Assembly (NCBI GenBank): GCA_038231275.1 | Contig: JBBRLQ010000007.1 | Span: 192,001-256,000 of the forward strand | Direction of reading: 5' to 3' | DNA: 64,000 bases | Source: Polyangiales bacterium | Lineage (GTDB): Bacteria > Myxococcota_A > Polyangia > Polyangiales > Polyangiaceae | Shown here: piece by piece, positions 9,662 through 18,750 of the stretch | How the letters are laid out: each line of letters starts with the position of its first letter | How positions within the stretch are numbered: position 1 is the first letter of the stretch | Notes under the pieces: model-generated | The model's database searches: none | What the model was told of the DNA's origin: nothing | Seen by the model: only the letters and a program-made list of their open reading frames with translations | Translations under genes and position numbers: made by a program

Positions 9662-9766
9662 GGTTTCCGCAGAGGGCGTTCTCGACGACGTGGCCGACGA
9701 CCGGCTAGAGTCGGGGCATGCGCCCCGGCGTTCCGACCAACGTAGCGCCGGTCGGCGGCTGACGGC

Positions 9767-11146
9767 GTGCCGGCGTCACGAGCTGCACGCAGATGGGCCG
9801 CGGCGCTCCTCGCGGCCACCTCCGCAGCGTGCGCGACGGTGCTCGGGATCGACACCGTCAGCTACGAGTCCGCCGTCGACGGCGGCGACGACGCGAAGGC
9901 GCCCCTCGAGAGCGGGCCGTCGGACGGCGCAACGACGCCGGACGCTGACGCGAGCGACGTCGACGCGAGCGCCACGGTCACCTACTTCGACTTCAACGCC
10001 GCCAACGTCGAGACCTTCGAGGCCCGCGGTGCCGGCGTCATCGCGCCGGGCGCCGGCTACTACGGCGGCGCGTCGAACGACGCTTACGTGTATTACGCAC
10101 CTTTCTCGACGGCGCTCCCCGACGGTGGCCGCATCTACAACGACGCGGTCGTCCGCTACGATCGGCGGGGCGCGTTCGGCGATCCCGCGTCATGGAGCGT
10201 CTTCCACTTGCAGGTGAAGGAGTCACGCGCCACCGGGTACATCGGTGCCATCGCCGCGCGTGGGAGCGTCGTCTTCTGCCCGTTCGCGCCCGGATCCACC
10301 GGCTACGTCGCGATCCACGACGCCACCGGCGCGTTCACCGACGCGGCCGCGTGGTCGATCGACGACGCGGTCGCGATCTTCGGGGCCAGCGCGTCCGGGT
10401 TCCGGGGGGGCGCTTCGGACGGCACGAACGCGTACCTTGCCGGTCTCGCAGGCAACGTACTCCGCATCGATGCGGACGGCGGCGCGCGGCTCTTTTCCCT
10501 TTCGACGATCGACGCGGGGGCCGTGACCCCGTTCGGTGCGGTGTTCGACGGACGCTACGTCACGCTGGTGCCCGAGCACGCGGCGGGAAATCTGGCGAGC
10601 TCCGCAGTGCGCTTCGACACGACGAGAGACTTCGCCAGCGCGACGGCGTGGGACCAAGGCCAGCCGACGACGAACGGGCGCAACCTCCACTTCGAGAGCG
10701 GCGGCTTCGACGGCGCCTTCGTCTACTTCGCGTCGTTCGCCGAGTTCGCGCCCGACGGCGGGCGCTTGCCTGTACCCGGCGTCGTCACCCGCATCGCGCG
10801 AGCGGGGCCGCTCGACGACGCAGGAGCGTGGGAGAGCGTGGATCTCGCTTCGTTCGACGACTCGTGGCGAGGATGGTTTTCGATTGTCCACGACGGACGC
10901 TACGTCTACTTCGGCGGAACGTCTCGCGCGACCCTCCTCCGCTACGACACGATGAAGCCGTTCACCGAACGCGGGTCGTGGGAGCGGCTCGACATCGCGA
11001 CTCTCCTGGGGCTCTCGGGCCCGTTCGCGGGCCTCGTCTTCGACGGAGAATACGTCTACCTGGTGCCCGGCGAGGGCTCACGCTTCCTTCGTTTCCACGC
11101 GCGAGCTCCGCGCGCCGCGGTGAGCGCTACCACCGCGGCTCCCTGA
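9767..11146 (+). CDS. Lipoprotein with repeated (F/H)DGxYVY motifs, probable beta-propeller
   Basis: Lipobox SAAC; AVFDGRYVTLVP, GFDGAFVYF, VHDGRYVYF, VFDGEYVYLVP, each followed by RYDT/RFDT..F....SW-like segments. Confidence 0.75.
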   Translation: MPASRAARRWAAALLAATSAACATVLGIDTVSYESAVDGGDDAKAPLESGPSDGATTPDADASDVDASATVTYFDFNAANVETFEARGAGVIAPGAGYYGGASNDAYVYYAPFSTALPDGGRIYNDAVVRYDRRGAFGDPASWSVFHLQVKESRATGYIGAIAARGSVVFCPFAPGSTGYVAIHDATGAFTDAAAWSIDDAVAIFGASASGFRGGASDGTNAYLAGLAGNVLRIDADGGARLFSLSTIDAGAVTPFGAVFDGRYVTLVPEHAAGNLASSAVRFDTTRDFASATAWDQGQPTTNGRNLHFESGGFDGAFVYFASFAEFAPDGGRLPVPGVVTRIARAGPLDDAGAWESVDLASFDDSWRGWFSIVHDGRYVYFGGTSRATLLRYDTMKPFTERGSWERLDIATLLGLSGPFAGLVFDGEYVYLVPGEGSRFLRFHARAPRAAVSATTAAP

Positions 11147-11185
11147 GGCGAGAGTCCCCGCTCGATGCGTCGAATTTCCGACCCG

Positions 11186-11542
11186 TCACTCGTGAGTGGG
11201 AACCTTCGCGTGAGCCTTGGCCGGCTTCTCCTTGGGAAGCTCGATCTTCGGCTTCTTCGCCTTCCCGCCCTTCGCAGGCGCGGGCGCCTTGTAGAGGAGG
11301 AACGTCCGGCCGATCACCTGCGCGAGGATCGCGTGCGTCTCCTTCGCGAGCGCTGCGGCGGCCTCTTTGCGATCGAGCGGCGCTTCGGTGGCGACGCGGA
11401 CTTTGATGAGCTCGTGTGCGACGAGTTGCACGAGGGTCTGCTGAACGAGCGCGGGCGTGATGCCGGCCTTTCCGATCTGCACGACCGGATCGAGCGAGTG
11501 TCCGAGGGCGCGCAGGTGGGAGATGGCTTTCTTCGAGATCAT
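11186..11542 (-). CDS. yhbY: CRM/YhbY RNA-binding protein
   Basis: LRALGHSLDPVVQIGKAG...HELIKVRV...AQVIGRTFLLY; ATG 11542 overlaps the upstream stop (ATGA). Confidence 0.9.
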   Translation of the reverse strand: MISKKAISHLRALGHSLDPVVQIGKAGITPALVQQTLVQLVAHELIKVRVATEAPLDRKEAAAALAKETHAILAQVIGRTFLLYKAPAPAKGGKAKKPKIELPKEKPAKAHAKVPTHE

Positions 11543-13092
11543 TTCTGCTCCGATGCGAGGGTCCGAATGGACGCGAACTGCTTCTCTGGATCGACCACCG
11601 TGACCTCGCCGAAGCGCGCGAGCGCGGGGCCGATCGCATCGGCGTCTCCCGCGACGACGATGAGACCGGTATCGGGCTGGTACAGCTTTGCGGCGGCTGC
11701 GGACGCGGCGCTCGGCGAGGTCGCGCGGACGGCGGCGCGGTACGTGTCCCAGTACTCGTAGGGGAGGCCGAGGCCTGCGAGCTCGGCGGTCATGTTGGCG
11801 ATGGCGCCCACGGTCTCCATGCGGATCGCGAAGACGTCGCTCAGGTAGCGGCGCGCGGCCTCGGTCTCGTGCTCGGTGACGCCGGACGCGACGACGCGCT
11901 GCTCGTTCTCGAGGAGGCCGGTCACCGCGTCGGCGGTCTTCTCGGTCTGCGTGCCGGCGTACGCGAGGACGGGCTGAGGGCCGTGCGCGAGCTCGACGAC
12001 GCGCGAGTAGGCGGAGTAGGCGAGGGAGCGCTGCTCGCGGACGTCGGCGAAGAGGCGCCCGGCCATCCCGCCGCCGAGCACGTGGTTGCAGACGCGCGTC
12101 TCGGCCCACGTGGACGCGTCGCGCGCGGGGCCGAGGCCGACCACGAACACGTCGCTCTGCGCGCTCTTCGGCCGGTGCGCGATGATCACGCGGCGCTTGG
12201 CGGCGGCTGCTTTGGTCGGGAAATCGAGCTTGGGAGGCGCGTCGCCGGCCATGGCGCCGAATGCCTTCTCGACCTGCGCGGCCGCGGCGTCGCCGTCCAC
12301 ATCGCCGGCCACGACGACGGTGACGTTCTTGGGGACGTAGAAGTGCTTGTGGAAGTCACGGACGGCGGCCGGGCCGATGCGCGCGATGTCCGACGGGAGC
12401 GCGCCGTACGTGGCGTAGGGCGAGCCCTCCGCGTAGAGCTCGTGGAAGAGGACGTGCATCGCGGTGAACTGACCGCTCGAGCGCAGCTGATCCTCCGCCT
12501 CGTCGCTCGCGCGCGCCTTGAGCTTGCCGAGCTCCGTGTCGTCGAAGCGCGGCGACTGCACGACCTCGGCGACGATCGCGAGCGCCTCGGCGAAATGCGT
12601 GCGCGTCACGCCGGTCGCGATCGTGGTCGTGTCGAGATCGACGTCGACGGACAAGTCCGCGCCGAGGCCCTCGATCCTTCGCAAGAGCTCTGCGCTCGTC
12701 ATCGAGCGCGTGCCGCCGGCCTTCAGCATCTCGCCGGTGAGCTCGGCGAGGCCCGGCTGCTTGGGCGCGTACCCCATTCCTGCGCGCACGACGACGCGGA
12801 GCTGCACGATCGGCAGCGCGTGCGCTTCGACGATCGCGACGGAGAGCCCATTTTTCAGCGTCCGCGCGCGAACGGCGGGGAACGGCGACGGACGCGCCTC
12901 GCGGGACGCCGGAGGACGCTCGCGGCCGGACGACGAATTGGTCGGCTCCTTTCCGTCCGGCGCGTAGGTCGTGAGATCGGCGTGCGCGGGGCCCTTCGAC
13001 GCCGTGACCGTGTCGCCGCACGCCGGGACGAGGGCGAGCGCGCCGAGGAGGGCGAGCGCGCCGACGAGGGAGACGTTCGGGAGGGAGCTCAT
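11539..13092 (-). CDS. M16 peptidase, non-catalytic subunit (lipoprotein)
   Basis: LKNGL, GLAELTGEMLKAGG (no HxxEH), VLGGGMAGRLFADVREQRSLAY; lipobox VPAC. Confidence 0.88.
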   Translation of the reverse strand: MSSLPNVSLVGALALLGALALVPACGDTVTASKGPAHADLTTYAPDGKEPTNSSSGRERPPASREARPSPFPAVRARTLKNGLSVAIVEAHALPIVQLRVVVRAGMGYAPKQPGLAELTGEMLKAGGTRSMTSAELLRRIEGLGADLSVDVDLDTTTIATGVTRTHFAEALAIVAEVVQSPRFDDTELGKLKARASDEAEDQLRSSGQFTAMHVLFHELYAEGSPYATYGALPSDIARIGPAAVRDFHKHFYVPKNVTVVVAGDVDGDAAAAQVEKAFGAMAGDAPPKLDFPTKAAAAKRRVIIAHRPKSAQSDVFVVGLGPARDASTWAETRVCNHVLGGGMAGRLFADVREQRSLAYSAYSRVVELAHGPQPVLAYAGTQTEKTADAVTGLLENEQRVVASGVTEHETEAARRYLSDVFAIRMETVGAIANMTAELAGLGLPYEYWDTYRAAVRATSPSAASAAAAKLYQPDTGLIVVAGDADAIGPALARFGEVTVVDPEKQFASIRTLASEQK

Positions 13093-14480
13093 TTTTTGTC
13101 TCCCTTCGGCGCGCCCTTCGGCGCGGGTTCCGCGGGCTTCACCTCCACGCGCGACGTGCGGGCTGGCGTGAGGTACTTGCCGACGGCGCGCTGGATGTCG
13201 GCCTTGCCGATCGCGAGGTACCGCCCCAGCTCGCCGTTCACGAGGCTCGCGTCACCCCAGAAGAGCTCCATCTGCGCCAGCCGCTGCGCGCGCGCGAAAT
13301 TCGACTGAAGCCCCAGTAGGAAGCTCGCTTCGAGGCGCGCCTTGAGCTTCTTCATCTCGTCGTCGGTCGGCCCGCTCTTGGCGATCTGCGCGAGCTCCGC
13401 GACGATCACGCGCTCCACGTCGGCCACCTTGGCCCCCTTCGCCAGCTTCGCCTCGATCTCGAGCGCGTCGGGCCCGCGATGGCTCCCGAGCGACGCGTCG
13501 ATCTCGATCGCGAGGCCACGCTCGCGGACGAGCATCTTGTAGAGGCGCGAGCTCTCGCCATCCGAGAGCAGCATCGCGGCGAGCTCGAGGGCGTAGTGAT
13601 CCGGCTCGCGCGATTTCGGCACCGACCAGCCGAGGAGCAGATCGGGGAGCTTCGCGTGCGCGTCGAGCACCACATCGTCGCGGGGCGCCGTCTGCTCCGG
13701 CATCGGGCCCGGCGCATACGGTGGCACGGACGCGATCGGCCGCGCGCCACCGAAGAAGCGCCGCACCAGCGCCATCGCCTCCTCTTTCTCGAAGTCTCCG
13801 GCGATCGCGAGCACGGCGGTGTTGGGGCCGTAGTACGCCTCGTGAAACGCGCGAACCCACGAGAGCTCCGCCGCGTCGAGATCCTTCATCGTCCCGATCG
13901 CAGAGTGCTCGTAGGGCCAATACCCCTGGAAAATGAGCTCTTCGAGGCGGATCGACGCGGGGACGTACGCCGCGTTCTCGACGCGCATGCGGTACTCCTC
14001 TTTGACGACGGCGCGCTGGTTCTCGAAGTTCTTCTGGCTGACGTCGAGCGACTTCATCCGGTCCGCCTCGAGCCACAGGGCCAGGGGCAGCTCGCTCGAC
14101 GGGAGCATCTCATAGTAGTTCGTGCGATCGCCGTTGGTCGTGCCGTTGAGGACGCCGCCGTGCGCGCTGACGAGGGTGGCGTGCTCACCTCGCGCGACGT
14201 TGCGCGAGCCCTGGAACATCATGTGCTCGAAGAGGTGCGCGAAGCCGCTCCGCCCGCGCTCTTCGTTGCGCCCGCCCACGTCGTACATGACGTCGACCGC
14301 GATCGTCGGCGACGTGTGATCGACGGAGAGGACGACCCGCATCCCGTTGTCGAGCGTCACCCGCTGCACGTCGAGCTTCAGCGCGGGCGCAGGTGAAGGC
14401 GCAGGTGCCGGTGCTTGTGCGACAGCAGGGGACGTGACGCAGACGAAGGCCGATGCCAGGAGAATCGCGAGCGTTCGCAT
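13089..14480 (-). CDS. M16B zinc peptidase, catalytic subunit
   Basis: SGFAHLFEHMMFQGS (HxxEH), NGTTNGDRTNYY, LEADRM, VVKEE; signal peptide. Confidence 0.93.
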   Translation of the reverse strand: MRTLAILLASAFVCVTSPAVAQAPAPAPSPAPALKLDVQRVTLDNGMRVVLSVDHTSPTIAVDVMYDVGGRNEERGRSGFAHLFEHMMFQGSRNVARGEHATLVSAHGGVLNGTTNGDRTNYYEMLPSSELPLALWLEADRMKSLDVSQKNFENQRAVVKEEYRMRVENAAYVPASIRLEELIFQGYWPYEHSAIGTMKDLDAAELSWVRAFHEAYYGPNTAVLAIAGDFEKEEAMALVRRFFGGARPIASVPPYAPGPMPEQTAPRDDVVLDAHAKLPDLLLGWSVPKSREPDHYALELAAMLLSDGESSRLYKMLVRERGLAIEIDASLGSHRGPDALEIEAKLAKGAKVADVERVIVAELAQIAKSGPTDDEMKKLKARLEASFLLGLQSNFARAQRLAQMELFWGDASLVNGELGRYLAIGKADIQRAVGKYLTPARTSRVEVKPAEPAPKGAPKGDKK

Positions 14481-14565
14481 GGGGCTCGTCGACGTTTAGC
14501 ACGCCCGACGGTCCGCCTCCTGTCGTCCGACGCGGCGAAGGTCTTCGATCGATGGACGGCCCTCG

Positions 14566-15444
14566 TCAGGGAAGCGCGCCCTGCTCGATCCAACGCCGGA
14601 TCATGTCGACCTGCGCCTGCGGCAACGGCGCGGCGGTCGGCATCGGATCGCTCGCCACGCCCGGCGCTTTCTCGCCGAACGGGCCGCCCGTCATCTTGTT
14701 GTACAGGTAACTGTTCGCGGGATCGCCGGGCCGCACGTAGCGGCGGAGCTGGCCGTTCGGCGTCTCCCACGCGTCGAGCTTGGTGAGGCGATCGTAGAGC
14801 GACACGTCCGGGCAACCGGTGGCCTGGCCGCCGCTCGGGCCGCCGTAGATCTGCGAGCCGATCATCGCGTCCTCGAGCGAGAGCCAGCCGCGGCACGACC
14901 GGTCCTTCGTCGCGGCGTACATGTCGCGGATGTGGCAGGACGAGTTGCCCGCGCCGCACGACGCTTGGAGGACCGGCATGATGTCGCGCCGGAACGTCGG
15001 GTTCGCGACGCTCGCGTCGATCGCGGCTGCGTCGACGGGCGCGCCGCCATCCCCACTGGCGCCGGCGGGCGCGGCCATCGCGATCTCATTGGAGTACGCG
15101 CCGGCGCGCGACGCGTTTATGGCGCGGACGCGGTACGTGTACGTCCCGCCGGGGGAGACGCTCGCGTCGTGGTACGAGTTCGTGTCGAACGGCACCGCGT
15201 AGATCTTCGCGAAATCGCCGGTGCCCTTTCGCTCCACCTCGAAGCTCGTCTCGTCCGGCGAGTTGTCGTTCCACACGAGGTGGATGCCGCCGCCCATCGC
15301 CTCCGCCGTCAGCTTCGACGGCGCGGCGAGTGAGGATCCGGACGCGGATCCGCTCGACGCTCCGCCCGGCGCGATGTCCGCCGATCCCGAGCCGCTGCAC
15401 CCCGCGCAGATCCCGACGAACACGAGCGCGTGAACCGTTCTCAT
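14566..15444 (-). CDS. Lipoprotein with FN3 domain and c-type-cytochrome-like domain
   Basis: RBS GGAGG, lipobox CAGC; WNDNSPDETSFEVER...YTYRVRA (FN3); PTFRRDIMPVLQASCGAGNSSCH...VRPGDPANSYLYNK...PMP...IRRWIEQGA. Confidence 0.75.
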   Translation of the reverse strand: MRTVHALVFVGICAGCSGSGSADIAPGGASSGSASGSSLAAPSKLTAEAMGGGIHLVWNDNSPDETSFEVERKGTGDFAKIYAVPFDTNSYHDASVSPGGTYTYRVRAINASRAGAYSNEIAMAAPAGASGDGGAPVDAAAIDASVANPTFRRDIMPVLQASCGAGNSSCHIRDMYAATKDRSCRGWLSLEDAMIGSQIYGGPSGGQATGCPDVSLYDRLTKLDAWETPNGQLRRYVRPGDPANSYLYNKMTGGPFGEKAPGVASDPMPTAAPLPQAQVDMIRRWIEQGALP

Positions 15445-15473
15445 GGCTGCCTCCGCAAAAAGATTTTTCGAGT

Positions 15474-15495
15474 CAGGAGCGCTTCGCTCCACTCA
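15474..15495. repeat. REP-like mini-hairpin (copy 1, intergenic)
   Basis: Minus strand TGAGTGGAGCGAAGCGCTCCTG; GGAGCG/CGCTCC stem; 17-mer identical to 47693-47709. Confidence 0.5.
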
Positions 15496-15497
15496 AG

Positions 15498-16925
15498 TCA
15501 CTGCATGACCATCAAGTCGCCCATCATTCCGCGCTCGGCGTGCTCGAGGATATGGCAGTGGAACATCCACATCCCGACCGCGTCGTAGCGAACGGCGAGC
15601 CGTTGGGTCGCCGATTTCTTCACGTTCCACGTGTCTTTCCAGCCGTCGCGCAGATCCGGCGCGCCTTGCTCGTCGAGCGGCTGGAAGAACATGCCGTGGA
15701 GGTGAATCGGGTGATCCATCTCCGCGGTGTTCACGATCTCCCAGATCTCCGTCGCCCCTTGCTGCACCATCACCGCGGTGTTGAAGGGCCAGTACTCGTC
15801 GTTGATGTAGAAGCGCGGGCCGTCGGTCGCCTCGATCTCGCGGAGCACCATCTTGCGCACGGTCGTCTTCGCGCCGATCGCGAGCGGTTGCGCGGGGCGG
15901 AGCGAGGTCGGGATCGGCGCGAGCGTGCGCGGCGCGCGGGGACCGTAGACGACGTCGAGGAGCGGCTTGGGACCGACGTCCGGCATGTCGTGGCCGCGGT
16001 CGTAGTAGACGGTCTCGAGCGGGACGCGCGCTCCTTCAGCGGCGGGGAGGTCGACGAGGACGTCGTAGCGTTCGCCGGGGACGACGAGGAGCTCGTCGAC
16101 CGCATACGGCGCGGGGACTTGACCACTGTCGCCGCCGACCACAGTGAAGCGGTGGCCCGCGAGGCGAAGCTTGAAATACCGGCCATTCGCTGCGTTGACG
16201 ATGCGCCACCGCTCGCGGCCGCCGGCGTCGACGACGAGATCGCCGCCCTTCTTGCCGTTGACGAGGACCACGTTGCCTTGCCGCCCCATCATCATGTCCA
16301 TCTGGTCCTCGTCGAGGGCCAGCTGTCCGTCGGCGGTGATCTTCACGTCGTCGAGCACGAGGTAGCGCTCACGCGTGACGTCGAGCGGCGCGTCGTCGCC
16401 ATGCACGACGAGCGGCGCGTGGAGGCCTTTCTCGATCTGGACGTCGGCGTGGACGTGCGGGTGGAACCAGAAGGTGCCGGCGTCGAGGACCGTGAAGGTG
16501 TAGTCGAACGACGTTCCAGGCATCACGACTTGCTGGGTCGACGACGAGCCATCCATCGCGTTCGCGAGGCGGATGCCGTGCCAGTGGATCGTCGTCGATT
16601 CGGGGAGATCGTTCTGGAGATGGACGATGACGCGATCGCCTTTTTTGGCGACGAGCATCGGGCCGGGGACGGTGCCCACGCTGCCCGGGATCGCGCCGTC
16701 GCGGTACGCCCACACGTCCGCGGGCTTCCCCGGTAGATATTCGACGCGCGCGAGGCCGGCGACGACGCGCACCTCGACGACGTCCGGATCGGCGTTGATG
16801 TCGGTCAACGTCGCGATCGCGAAGGGATCGCTCGCCGGAGCATCGCCGGCCGTGCTCGGCGTCGTCGACGCGTGCGACGTGCACCCCATGACGAGCGCGA
16901 GGGTCACGGTAACGAGGCTTCTCAT
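15498..16925 (-). CDS. Multicopper oxidase (three-domain, lipoprotein)
   Basis: HWHG, WFHPH, HPIHLHG, HCHILEHAERGMM copper motifs; start MRSLVTVTLALVMGC at 16925 overlaps the upstream stop. Confidence 0.93.
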   Translation of the reverse strand: MRSLVTVTLALVMGCTSHASTTPSTAGDAPASDPFAIATLTDINADPDVVEVRVVAGLARVEYLPGKPADVWAYRDGAIPGSVGTVPGPMLVAKKGDRVIVHLQNDLPESTTIHWHGIRLANAMDGSSSTQQVVMPGTSFDYTFTVLDAGTFWFHPHVHADVQIEKGLHAPLVVHGDDAPLDVTRERYLVLDDVKITADGQLALDEDQMDMMMGRQGNVVLVNGKKGGDLVVDAGGRERWRIVNAANGRYFKLRLAGHRFTVVGGDSGQVPAPYAVDELLVVPGERYDVLVDLPAAEGARVPLETVYYDRGHDMPDVGPKPLLDVVYGPRAPRTLAPIPTSLRPAQPLAIGAKTTVRKMVLREIEATDGPRFYINDEYWPFNTAVMVQQGATEIWEIVNTAEMDHPIHLHGMFFQPLDEQGAPDLRDGWKDTWNVKKSATQRLAVRYDAVGMWMFHCHILEHAERGMMGDLMVMQ

Positions 16926-17395
16926 AGGCATGCTCCGCAGGCGATCCATCCGCCGGTTCCGCTCCCGTCGCAGCCGCACACGCGGAAGCCCTGCACGCCG
17001 CCCGCGCAGTGCTGCGCGCCGAGATCTCCCGGGCAAACGTGCTCGCCGCTGATCTCGTCGACGCACGGGGCGCCTGCCTCGCAGTGCGGGACGCAGTGAC
17101 CGCCGGAGCAAACGGCCCCTGCGCACGCGCCGCATTGATGCCCGCCGCACGCCACCCGCCCGCACACGAGCCCGGTGCAGTCGCACGGCCCATCGACGAC
17201 CGCATCGACGGCGACGTCTTGCGCCTGCGTCTCGGACGCGTCGCCTTGTGCATCCGTCACGAAGGCGTCCGTTGCCGCATCGCCGGTGTCCCCGGGAGCG
17301 AGGCCGCCGACGCTCGTCACATGGGCGCCGCACGCCCCCGCCACCAAAGCGGCAAAGGCGACGGCTACGAAGCGGCTTGCGAGCGAGCGTTCCAT
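16922..17395 (-). CDS. Small Cys-rich lipoprotein
   Basis: Lipobox AGAC, Asp/Ala linker, Cys-rich C-terminus; coupled to the oxidase gene. Confidence 0.7.
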   Translation of the reverse strand: MERSLASRFVAVAFAALVAGACGAHVTSVGGLAPGDTGDAATDAFVTDAQGDASETQAQDVAVDAVVDGPCDCTGLVCGRVACGGHQCGACAGAVCSGGHCVPHCEAGAPCVDEISGEHVCPGDLGAQHCAGGVQGFRVCGCDGSGTGGWIACGACL

Positions 17396-17433
17396 CGCGT
17401 CGTCTCGTACGTGGGGTCAGGGTCGGCGCGCGA

Positions 17434-18177
17434 TCACAAAAACGCCCGAACGCGCGAGGCGAGCGGACTCTTTGGGTATTTCTGGAGAAAGCTCCGCGCC
17501 TGCCGCGCCGCGCCGTCGCGATCCCCGGACGCCGCGAGCGCTTCGATGCCGAGCACCTGTCGCTCCTGGCCGAGGACCCCGTTCGGAAACCGCGTCCTCG
17601 CGGTGTCGAGAATCGCGAGCGCGCCCGAAGGATCGCCGCCATGCAATGCGTCCCGCGCGCGCGCGATGAGGGCCGACTCCTCGCGGAGGGCGTCGGGATC
17701 GACGGAAGGAGGCGGCTTGCGGGCGGTCGCGGTCGCGGTCGTGGTCGCGGTCGCGGCCGTGGTCGTGGTCGGGGTCGGATTCGTGGTCGTGGTCGTGGTC
17801 GGAGTCGGGGTCGAAGTCGGGGTCGGAGTCGTGGTGGAAGTCGGGGTCGGAGTCGGAGTCGGCATCGGCGTCAGTGTCAGCGTCGGTCGCGACGTGTAGA
17901 CCAGCCCTCCCGCGACGAGCGCAACCGCGAAAAGCGCGCCGAGGACCTTCCCCTTCGCGACGATCGCCGTCCCGCCAGCCGCCGGTCCTCCGCCTCCTGC
18001 TCCACCTCCACCGCCGGTCCCACCCCCGCCAGCGGGTGGAATTCTCCCCGCGATCGCGGCCCACACGGAGTCCTCCGCGCCTCGCGGGGGCTCGGCGCCG
18101 TCTGCGCTTCGAAGGAGATCGCGCTCGGTGTCCGTCGCGCCGCCGTCGTCGTCGAGCCATCGCTTCGGATCGGTCAC
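17434..18177 (-). CDS. Putative anti-sigma factor (TM helix, Pro/Thr linker, TPR-like C-terminus)
   Basis: Overlaps the ECF stop by 4 nt; single TM; LREESALIARARDAL...FPNGVLGQER...FLQKYPKSP. Confidence 0.7.
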   Translation of the reverse strand: MTDPKRWLDDDGGATDTERDLLRSADGAEPPRGAEDSVWAAIAGRIPPAGGGGTGGGGGAGGGGPAAGGTAIVAKGKVLGALFAVALVAGGLVYTSRPTLTLTPMPTPTPTPTSTTTPTPTSTPTPTTTTTTNPTPTTTTAATATTTATATARKPPPSVDPDALREESALIARARDALHGGDPSGALAILDTARTRFPNGVLGQERQVLGIEALAASGDRDGAARQARSFLQKYPKSPLASRVRAFL

Positions 18178-18707
18178 GGCGAACCTCCTTCGAGGCGATC
18201 GATGCGGCCGCGCGCGTGCATGCGGGACGTCACTTTGCGGAACGCGTCGCGCGCGAGGCGGAGGCGGGAATGCACGGTGCCGACGGGGATGTCGAGAAGC
18301 TCCGCGATCTCGTGGCCGGGGAGGCTCTCCAGCTCGAAGAGGACGAACACGGTGCGCTGCTCTTCGCCGAGCTCATCCAGGATTTCCTCGAGCAGCGTGA
18401 GGCGGCGACGGCGCTCGAGATCGGCGGCGAGATCGGCCGAGGAGTCACGCTTCGCGTCCGCGGTGGCGTCGCCGTCCGGGACCTCACGGCGCGCGCCGGC
18501 GCGCTTGTAGTCGCGCGTCATGTTCATGCAGATCGCGAAGAGCCAAGTCGTCATCTTCGAGCGTCCTTCGAACTCCACGAGCTTGCGGTGGACGACGAGG
18601 AATACGTCCTGCGCGATGTCGGGCACGTCGGCCTCGCGCACGCCGAGCCGCCGGAGCGATCGCCACACGAAACGGAAGTGCTCGTCGTACACCTCCTTCA
18701 GGCTCAT
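18174..18707 (-). CDS. ECF RNA polymerase sigma factor
   Basis: FVWRSLRRLG..DIAQDVF...FEGRS..TTWLFAI; region 4 EIAELLDIPVGTVHSRLRLAR. Confidence 0.93.
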   Translation of the reverse strand: MSLKEVYDEHFRFVWRSLRRLGVREADVPDIAQDVFLVVHRKLVEFEGRSKMTTWLFAICMNMTRDYKRAGARREVPDGDATADAKRDSSADLAADLERRRRLTLLEEILDELGEEQRTVFVLFELESLPGHEIAELLDIPVGTVHSRLRLARDAFRKVTSRMHARGRIDRLEGGSP

Positions 18708-18750
18708 TTCGGGTTTCCGATCGGTACGTGGGTCGAGGAGGCCGTCCTCA

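Noticed and set aside
15498-17642. Over-extended ORF starts (oxidase 17642, kinases 26742 and 35499, ferritin-like 51794, MTase 38671, lipoprotein 55864)
   Set aside because: The extensions overlap other convincing genes; internal starts with signal peptides, RBS or stop/start overlaps fit better.
17720-17880. Hexamer tracts (also 24313-24400, 55075-55119, 56361-56490) as arrays or phase-variation switches
   Set aside because: In-frame Pro-Thr/Ala-Thr linkers typical of myxobacterial proteins; unit changes would not shift the frame.
18174-18707. CorE-type copper-sensing ECF sigma factor (near the multicopper oxidase)
   Set aside because: Lacks the C-terminal Cys-rich domain and is followed by a membrane anti-sigma-like gene.
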